From the NCBI GenBank assembly GCA_964016885.1, contig OZ024741.1, forward strand, positions 92,442,001-92,506,000: a DNA stretch of 64,000 bases, read 5' to 3'. The notes under the pieces are model-generated. The model was not told the DNA's origin. It ran no database searches and saw only the letters and a list, made by a program, of their open reading frames with translations. How positions within the stretch are numbered: the first letter of the stretch is position 1; each line of letters opens with the position of its first letter. Origin of the DNA: Eledone cirrhosa. Its lineage: Eukaryota. A program made the translations under genes and the position numbers. Of the stretch, positions 54,508 through 64,000 are shown piece by piece.

Positions 54508-54923
54508 TGTAGCGTAGCGCCCCCTTACGGCTGTGACTCAGCACGTATGGGAGTTGCGTCCCTTTACGACGGTCGTAACTCAGCACGAATAGGAGTTACG
54601 TCCCTTTGCGACAGGCGCGACCCCCATTGGCAGATTCAGGTACTAAATGGAGTTGCGTCCCCCTGGGCACTATAAATCTGACGGCTGGTTAGCTATCAGC
54701 CTCTCTAGCATCCTGAACTCCGAAGTGACAACAACACCTGAGACCTTGTCATGAGATGACTCCTGTCTCATTTCCTTCGCCAACAAGAAGTACACTACCG
54801 GCAGCCTAAGAAAATGCTAACACCTCCAAGAGAAGATTTCTGTTCTTCTCTACACACTCCAGCCTAGGGGTTGTGACCAACGGGTAACAATTTATTTATA
54901 TTAATTCATTTGACTTCTGTGAA
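54508..54923 (+). repeat. 3' LTR (3'-truncated), preceded by polypurine tract GGAGGAGGG at about 54496-54504
   Basis: Matches the 5' LTR up to GACTTCTGTGAA, then switches to tRNA-unit sequence. Confidence 0.9.
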
Positions 54924-54963
54924 CAATATAGACTAGCTGATACAAAGTGTTACCGATAACGCC

Positions 54964-55055
54964 GCCCGCATAGCTCAGTCGGTAGAGCATCAGACTTTTA
55001 CGGATTATTCAGTGAAGGTATCTGAGGGTCGCGGGTTCAAGTCCCTCTGCGGGCG
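54964..55055 (+). tRNA. tRNA-Lys(UUU) with a 19-nt intron (55001-55019)
   Basis: GCCCGCA/TGCGGGC acceptor stem, A box TAGCTCAGTCGG, anticodon TTT at 54997-54999, intron at position 37/38, B box GGTTCAAGTCC and TTTT terminator about 10 nt downstream. One T-stem mismatch. Confidence 0.85.
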
Positions 55056-55697
55056 TACGATTGCTTTTATAAAGATTTGCAAACATTTTTTTAAATATTA
55101 ATCTTCAGACATTGTTCAATTCATATTAACGATAATACATGACTGTCTTAATCGTTTTACGACTAGATTTTTTCTTCTTCTAATGATAGAAATGTATTTG
55201 AAATGAAAAATAACGCATTTGACGAACTGTTGACAATTTTCAATACAATTATGTTAAGTAAGTTTGTTTTGAAACAGAGAGCGAGTATGAAAATAGAAAT
55301 AGAAGCTTTCGTCGTATTTTTGACTAAAGAGATTTTAGCCTGATAGTGGGGTTTAGAACCGTTCGTCAATGCTCATCTTTTTCCATTTCTCAGAGGGTTC
55401 TAAACCCCACTATCAGGCTAAAATCTCTTTAGTCAAAAATACGACGAAAGCTTCTATTTCTATTTTCATACTCGCTCTCTGTTTCAAAACAAACTTACTT
55501 AACATAATTGTATTGAAAATTGTCAACAGTTCGTCAAATGCGTTATTTTTCATTTCAAATACATTTATATCATTAGAAGAAAAAATCTAGTCGTAAAACG
55601 ATTAAGACAGTCATGCATTATCGTTAATATGAATTGAACAATGTCTGAAGATTAATATTTTTAAAAATGTTTGCGAATCTTTATAAAAGCAATCGTA

Positions 55698-55789
55698 CGC
55701 CCGCAGAGGGACTTGAACCCGCGACCCTCAGATACCTTCACTGAATAATCCGTAAAAGTCTGATGCTCTACCGACTGAGCTATGCGGGC
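55698..55789 (-). tRNA. tRNA-Lys(UUU) with a 19-nt intron, inverted identical copy
   Basis: Reverse complement of 54964-55055. Confidence 0.85.
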
Positions 55790-57083
55790 GGCGTTATCGG
55801 TAACACTTTGTATCAGCTAGTCTATATTGTTACTGATAAATATTTGCTAATATTTACCATATTACTGTGTGAAGATTTGTATTACAGCATCACATTAATA
55901 ACCAGCTGCTGCACATATATATGGCTGAGTGGTTAAGAGGTTCGTTTCACAATCATATGGTCTCAGGTTTTATCCCACTGTCAGATATATCGAGTGTTTT
56001 TATCATAGCCCCGGCTCTACTTGAGCTAGAAACTAGGATTACTATTGATAGATTTACCAGAATTTCAGAGTCCAAAGTTGTCTCTGATACTGTGTAACGC
56101 TGATACTGCCCGTAAATTACGGTTATGGCGCATGTGTCTTTACAATACTCAACCACATATACGTTAATTCACGAGTCAGACGTTCCTTTGATCGAATGAC
56201 TCAATGCTTGTCATCGAAACCGAAGAAGAACCTATTATTATGAACCAGGGCGGTGGATTGGCAGTATCGGTAGAGGGTCGGACGCTATGCTTTGACGCAT
56301 AGAGTTACGGCCCTTGCTATTCTGAGTTCGAATCCCGCCGAGGTTAACTTTGCCTTTCATCCTTACGGGGTCGATAAAATAAAGTACCAGTAATGCGCTT
56401 GGTAATTGCTGGCTTTGTGTCAAAAAGTAGAAACAATTATTATGAACCAGTTTAAGAGCGGTGGATTGGCAGTATCGGTCAGAGTCGGACACCATGCTTT
56501 GCAACATAGAGTTACGGCCCTTTACAGTCTGAGTTGAAATCCGGCCGAGGTTAACTTTGCCTTTCATCCTTACGGGGTCGATAAAATAAAGTACCAGTCA
56601 TCACTAGGGTCGATTTAATCGACTTTCCCCTCCCCCAAAATTGCTGGCCTCGTGCCGATATAAGAAACCATTATTAACCAGTTTAACTACACAACAAAAC
56701 ATGGTGGTTGATAGGTATGCACCTTAACAACATAACCATGCCTGCGCCTGTATTTACCATATCCTTTAATCGATCGGATATTTTGGGGTGAAATTGGGTA
56801 GACGGAATGTGTGGAAGCTTATTGGATGGATTGTGCCTAAAATTCAAAGGTGCAACATTGTCATGTTTATCGTGCGACGATGATTCCGCGTGTGAATTAG
56901 GTTTAAGATACACGTGTCTGTGGAATATTCAACCACCTATACGTTTATTCACGAGTCAGAAATTCTGTTGATGAACGACATAACGTGAACACTATGAAAA
57001 GATTATGTAGGTAAGATATTTTATATATGTGTGTGCATTTTTATTTAATAAATGATTGTGAATTCTCATTTAAAAAAGGCATA

Positions 57084-57155
57084 CGCCCGCAGGAACTTGA
57101 ACACTCGACCTTCAGGTAACCTCACTCCATAAATTTTAAAATCTGATGCTCGGAC
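57084..57155 (-). pseudogene. Degenerate intron-containing tRNA-Lys relic (further relics at about 57853-57920 minus and 46835-46875 plus)
   Basis: Minus strand reads GAGCATCAGATTTT..GGTCGAGTGTTCAAGTTCCTGCGGGCG. The 57853 relic retains intron-like CGGATTATTTCGTAAAGGT. Confidence 0.6.
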
Positions 57156-57295
57156 GACGATAACAGATGTGATTTTTATCAGCTAATCGATATTATTACT
57201 GATAAATATTTACAAATGTCTATCCCATCAATCTACTAGACAAGATGTATATTCCAGGTGTTACACTAATAAGCAGCTTGTTAACAAAAACAGAA

Positions 57296-57760
57296 AATTC
57301 TTCTTCTTCTTCGCCCAGTTATTCCTGAGAGGGTCATGGAGGAAGTCCTCAAACACTCCTTCCAGAGTGTCCTATCAGAAGCAACTGTCTCCAACTGATC
57401 CGACTGGATCCCCAAGCAAGACCAGCCAAGCTCATGGATGTTATCCAACCATCTTGCTCGGGGTCTACCCCTGGGTCTCCTACCTGTTGGTTTTGCCCGT
57501 AAAATCTGTCCAGCAATTCTTTCCTTCGACATTCTAACTACATGCCCATAGTATCAGAGCTGTGATCTCTCAATTCGTAGAAGTAGCGGCTCTGCCTGGA
57601 GTGACTCTCTGATCTCCGAGCTACGCACTCTATCGACTAACGTTTCTCCAAAGACCCTTCGGAGGCACCCCATTTTGGCCGCTTCTATTCGCGAACGTAT
57701 TCTTTCGATCATTACCCAAGATTCATGACCATATGTAAGGGTTGGCACGAATACCGAATT
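57296..57760 (-). mobile_element. RTE LINE 3' end with a short (GAA)n tail
   Basis: PTLTYGHESWVM..IERSQL and GRRPRGRPRARWLDNI. Same family as 4640-5206. Confidence 0.9.
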
Positions 57761-58589
57761 AAATCAATATCTTAAAAGCATTTTTTAAATGTTAGCGAAT
57801 TCTTATAAAATAAATTTATTTGAATTCTTATTTTTTTTAAATGAAGATGATACGCCAGCAAGTGACTTGAACCAGCGCCCATCCGATACCTTTACGAAAT
57901 AATCCGTAGTGTCTGATAGAAGACATGTAATAAACTGTTATAACATTTTCATTGAACGGAGGCAGACGAGACGGTGTTGGTCAAGGAAACACCTGTGGTG
58001 GAAGTGACCTTATTGGCCGCTGCAATAAGTGTGCTGTGTACCCCATAAGAGAGGTGTCTAGGGAGATACTAGATAGATACTCTATGCTGCAAAGCATGTT
58101 GTCCGACGCTCTACCGATACTGCCAATCGACCACCCTTGCATTGGTATTAATAATTGTTTCTACTTTTGGCACAAGGCCAGCAATTATCCCAGTGTACCA
58201 CTGGTACTTTATTTTATCGTCCCCGTAAGGATAAAAGGCAAAGTTAACCACGTGCGGGATTTGAACTCAGACCGTAAAGGACCGTAACTCTATGCAGCAA
58301 AGTATGGTGTCCGACTCTACCGATTCTGCCAATCTACCACCACGTCCGACAAAAAAGGACTGCTAGACTGTGGAAGTGAGCTGTAGGAAGCGTATATAGG
58401 AACAAAAAACATACATATTAGTATACAGATATAAATGCAGGTACACATATGGAGAACATAGGAACAAAAGGAACAAAGATTATACATAAATACAAAAGCA
58501 GGTATATATACGGAGAACAAGGAACAAGGAACAAAGGGATATAAAACATGTTGTAATCATAAAATCCTATACGTGCATAACAGAATGGT

Positions 58590-59190
58590 GGTAGAGTGAT
58601 TCGGGGCGGAATTAACGCATTAACGTACTGGAGGCAATCATTCAGCTTGTGGTGTGGATAGTAGAGGCGGGATTCTAAATTGAGGGTAACGTCCAGGAAT
58701 TTAACTATTTATCTATTATCGTCTATATCTATGCTGAGGCCCACGTTTTTGAAGAATTTAATTAATCTTTTCCTAATCCTAGTTACTATACTGTTACTGT
58801 GGTTGAGTAGAGTAAACAGCTTCTTCGCAGTAGATACCCCCGCCAAATGCTGGGATCTCGCTTTTCAAGTTTCTGAGGATGTATATGCCCACCAGGTCAG
58901 TAACCTGTGCCGAGTCGTTCGATCCCATCGTGATGACAACATTTTCCGGCCACTCTCTCCTATCCCACAGCTCACCGTCAAAACCTATTAGTGTTTTCCT
59001 GGCAGTGTGAATAATGTAAATTTCATCCCGGGTTAAATCCGTGTGTGTGGCTACGTGAAAACATAAATGCCTTATTAAGTATTACCGGGGAAATAGACGC
59101 ATAGTAGTTACCGATGTCTAGTTGGATAAATTGTTCTGCAGACCGTTTAACCACTCAATCAGGTCACCCGTCCTGGACCACTGCTACAAT
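58590..59190 (-). mobile_element. Degenerate Nematis-type PLE RT fragment
   Basis: Minus strand reads ITMGSNDSAQVTDLVGIYIL..GGIY..IRKRLIKFFKNVGLSI..KFLDVTLNLE, homologous to 25800-26100. Confidence 0.8.
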
Positions 59191-59213
59191 TGGATCTTTT
59201 ACATATATATATA

Positions 59214-59262
<49 letters not shown>

Positions 59263-59266
<4 letters not shown>

Positions 59267-60159
59267 AAAGATGGTTAAATGAGTTCCATGTATTTTATTA
59301 TGCGCATTTCAAAAACAAATATCATCATGCAATAACATTTGGGTTTTCATCAGATAAAATAGGACATGATATGAAGGTTAAAAACACTTGTGGATAGTGC
59401 AGTTTTAAATCAACATATGAAAAGTAGTTTTAGATTGATGTGTGATATTGGGGAAAAAAAATTTTTTTTGGTGGGGGGGGGGTGAAAAAGAGGAGATGAG
59501 TAAAAAGTGGAGGGGGAGGAGTATAATGAGGAAAGATGAGATAGAAGGAGAGATGGCTGATAGAGAGAGAGAGAGCTTTTATAACTGAGAAAAATATATT
59601 GTTTTACATAGAGAGGTTGAAAAACCGTTGGAAGATAATGTATAAATTAAAAGAATTTGAAAATTAACGAAGAGAAAAATAATGTAAAGTTAAGGTTTGT
59701 ATATTGAAGGGTTTAATAATATGTGCGATGAAAAGAAATTGTTAATATATATTAAGAATAATATTTAAGGGTTTAATATGTGCGATGGAAAGAAAATGTT
59801 GATATGTATTATTAAAAAAACAGAAGTAATGTAAGTAAGGATATATTGTGAGATGAGCATGAATAAGTTATATGAAAGTGAGAAAAAAATAATGAATAGA
59901 GGATGAATAATCTAACGTCAAAAAAAAAATGTTTATGTTTACGAAGGATTTTTTCAAGGTGAAATAAAGTAAGAATATAGTGTATTGTGTAATAATTGTT
60001 TGTTAGGCACAGTGAGAAAAGGTACAGATTAGGGGTTAGAAATTAAAAGAAAAAGAAAAGAAAAGGAAAAGAAGAAAGGGAAGTGATGAATAGGAATGAT
60101 ATAGAATATGATAAATAACTTTGAAATAAGGTAGAAAGATGGGTATATTTTTAAAGAAG

Positions 60160-60202
<43 letters not shown>

Positions 60203-60656
60203 CTTTGAGAAAAGGATTCTGAATTGATAAAGTTTAGGATATTAGCTGCATACTTTATGGAAAGTTCTGTGGAATTTATGCAAGCAGATAGAAAACAAGT
60301 CAGTGCGTCTATTTATTATAGAATCTAAATTAGATATAATGGTAAATTTTTCATTCTCCTATCTCATCCTTCCTCATTATACTCCACCCCCTCCACTTTT
60401 TACTCTCATCTCCTCCTATTTTTCATCCTTTCAAACCTCCTCCCCACCTCAAAAAAATGTTTCCCCAATATCACACATCAATCTGAAACTACTTTTCATA
60501 TGTTGATTTAAAACTGCACTATCCACAAGTGTTTTTAACCTTCTTATCATATCCTCCTATTTTATCTGATGAAAACCCAAATGTTATTGCATGATGATAT
60601 TTGTTTTTGAAATGCGCATAATAAAATACATGGAACTCATTTAACCATCTTTTGAT
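59263..60656 (-). mobile_element. 3' end of a Nematis-type PLE with inverted pseudo-LTRs, each carrying a hammerhead
   Basis: 59263-59550 is the reverse complement of 60355-60656. The minus-strand peptide IINRRTDLFSICLHKF at about 60240-60345 matches the ORF end at about 27110-27200. Hammerhead: tattttat-CTGATGA(60566)..GAAA(60609)-tgcgc-ATA-ataaaata. Confidence 0.75.
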
Positions 60657-60750
60657 CTTATATATTATGTATACTCCAGTCCTACAAAACTGTAGAATGC
60701 TTCTTATCCGATATCTGCATTGCTTTATTGTACTACAATAAAACTCACCT

Positions 60751-62265
<1,515 letters not shown>

Positions 62266-62326
62266 AGAAAGTGAGGTTTTTTTTACAAAATCGAAAATCA
62301 ACCGAGGTGTCCTACACGAGTGGAAG

Positions 62327-62626
62327 TATAAAGAAAAAGGGATGAAATCGAAAATGCAACTGAAGTCTTATTTTTTTTTAAATATATATATTTATTTGGT
62401 TCCTTTACCGGTTTCGCAGTTCTTCTGCTTTTCAAAAGGTGAGTTGAGATGGAGGGTCTGTGTTTTTCTCACATCTGATGTGAGAAAAACCACAGACCCT
62501 CCATCTCAACTCACCTTTTGAAACGCAGAAGAACTGCGAAACCGGTAAAGGAACCAAATAAATATATATATTTTTAAAAAAATAAGACTTCAGTTGCATT
62601 TTCGATTTCATCCCTTTTTCTTTATA
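62327..62626. repeat. 300-bp foldback of a PLE-like terminus with a degenerate hammerhead in each arm
   Basis: Palindrome centred on T62476. Each arm reads cctt-TTGAAA(C/A)-gcag-aagaa-ctgc-GAAA-ccgg-TA-aagg. Confidence 0.75.
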
Positions 62627-62702
62627 TAAATATATATATATATATATAAAATAATATATATATATATATATAAAAATATATATATATATATATATATAAA
62701 AA

Positions 62703-62737
<35 letters not shown>

Positions 62738-62740
62738 AAT

Positions 62741-62777
<37 letters not shown>

Positions 62778-62954
62778 AATATATATATGTATATATATAT
62801 ATATATAAATATATATATATAAATATATATATTCACATATATATCGCTATTTCAGAGCATTTATTCCAATTTCTAATTTCTGCCGGACCGGCAACCGCTC
62901 TTTCAAACCAGTTCCTGTACACAGCTAAGTATTCTATAAGTCTCTAGCTGTGTC

Positions 62955-63043
62955 ATTCTCGATAAAAGCACTGGATATGTAGTCCTGAAGATTTCTAACA
63001 AGAATGAAACGCGTAGATTACTTCCCTTGCTTTTATCGAGAAT
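62955..63043 (+). ncRNA. Type I hammerhead ribozyme, copy 1 (predicted cleavage after 63015)
   Basis: Stem I GTAGTC/GATTAC extended by ATTCTCGATAAAAGCA/TGCTTTTATCGAGAAT. Core CTGAAGA at 62985-62991, stem II TTCT-AACA-AGAA, GAAA at 63006-63009, palindromic ACGCGT stem III and a GUA triplet. Confidence 0.88.
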
Positions 63044-63264
63044 CTAATTGTAATACGTGACGTATTCTATTCTATAGCGATTAGGTCTTCAAAATGTTTA
63101 TTATAAACATACAGAATATTTTCGAATATTCTATGTCTATATTCACATATATATCGCTATTTCAGAGCATTTATTCCAATTTCTAATTTCTGCCGGACCG
63201 GCAACCGCTCTTTCAAACCAGTTCCTGTACACAGCTAAGTATTCTATAAGTCTCTAGCTGTGTC

Positions 63265-63353
63265 ATTCTCGATAAAAGCACTGGATATGTAGTCCTGAAG
63301 ATTTCTAACAAGAATGAAACGCGTAGATTACTTCCCTTGCTTTTATCGAGAAT
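63265..63353 (+). ncRNA. Type I hammerhead ribozyme, copy 2 (predicted cleavage after 63325)
   Basis: Identical to copy 1, offset by 310 bp. Confidence 0.88.
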
Positions 63354-63573
63354 CTAATTGTAATACGTGACGTATTCTATTCTATAGCGATTAGGTCTTC
63401 AAAATGTTTATTATAAACATACAGAATATTTTCGAATATTCTATGTCTATATTCACATATATATCGCTATTTCAGAGCATTTATTCCAATTTCTAATTTC
63501 TGCGGACCGGCAACCGCTCTTTCAAACCAGTTCCTGTACACAGCTAAGTATTCTATAAGTCTCTAGCTGTGTC

Positions 63574-63661
63574 ATTCTCGATAAAGTACTGGATATGTAG
63601 TCCTGAAGATTTCTAACAAGAATGAAACGCGTAGATTACTTCCCTTGCTTTTATCGAGAAT
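63574..63661 (+). ncRNA. Type I hammerhead ribozyme, copy 3 (predicted cleavage after 63633)
   Basis: Core intact (CTGAAGA at 63603-63609). Small changes in the distal stem I (GATAAAGTA). Confidence 0.85.
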
Positions 63662-63762
63662 CTAATTGTAATACGTGACGTATTCTATTCTATAGTGATT
63701 AGGTCTTCAAAATGTTTATTATAAACATACAGAATATTTCGAATATTCTATGTCTATATTCA

Positions 63763-63849
<87 letters not shown>

Positions 63850-63941
63850 TATATATAAATATATATGTATATATATAAATATATATATATATATAAATAT
63901 AAATATATATATAAATATATATATGAAATATATATATAAAT

Positions 63942-64000
<59 letters not shown>

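Larger units (their letters stand above)
49359..54923 (+). mobile_element. Ty3/Gypsy LTR retrotransposon, CsRn1/Kabuki-like, decayed
   Basis: LTRs, PBS and PPT present. Gag has CWYH-x9-C-x3-C, and pol is in PR-RT-RH-IN order. Confidence 0.95.
54922..55831. repeat. Large near-perfect inverted repeat (arms 54922-55360 and 55396-55831, 35-bp spacer)
   Basis: The arms are reverse complements, and the ORF track shows the same peptide on both strands. The right arm continues to about 56352 as an inverted copy of 48587-49358. Confidence 0.93.
62830..63762 (+). mobile_element. Tandem array of 3 x ~310-bp hammerhead-containing units (candidate non-LTR retrozyme)
   Basis: Units start at 62831, 63141 and 63451 and are near-identical. 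No ORF, (TA)n on both sides, one type I hammerhead per unit. Confidence 0.88.

Noticed and set aside
62830-63762. CRISPR-like or plain satellite interpretation of the tandem repeat
   Set aside because: No unique spacers or cas genes, and the context is eukaryotic. The intact hammerhead in every unit argues for a retrozyme-type repeat.

Overview
Repeat-saturated, AT-rich animal genomic DNA with dense (TA)n, (CA)n, (GA)n and (CATA)n microsatellites. The repeat repertoire suggests a cephalopod mollusc such as an octopus; this is an inference. The only host protein-coding signal found is three + strand exons (5656-5793, 10586-10692, 19110-19327) of an aquaglyceroporin (AQP3/7/9/10 type) whose second loop reads NPALD, so the selectivity-filter Arg is lost. 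Everything else is mobile DNA or RNA genes: RTE LINEs, CRE-like ends, mariner relics, non-autonomous Helitrons and tRNA-derived SINEs. There are many Penelope-like (PLE) pieces with inverted pseudo-LTRs carrying minimal hammerhead ribozymes. A 12-kb nest (34.1-46.0 kb) holds seven retroelements all inserted into one (CATA)n microsatellite: four R4/Dong RLE elements and three RTE-derived short elements. A CsRn1-type Gypsy element sits inside a partly palindromic cluster of intron-containing tRNA-Lys(UUU) genes. At the right end, a 3x ~310-bp tandem repeat carries one complete type I hammerhead per unit, a candidate retrozyme that would make circular RNA. All calls were made by eye, and boundaries of degenerate elements are approximate.
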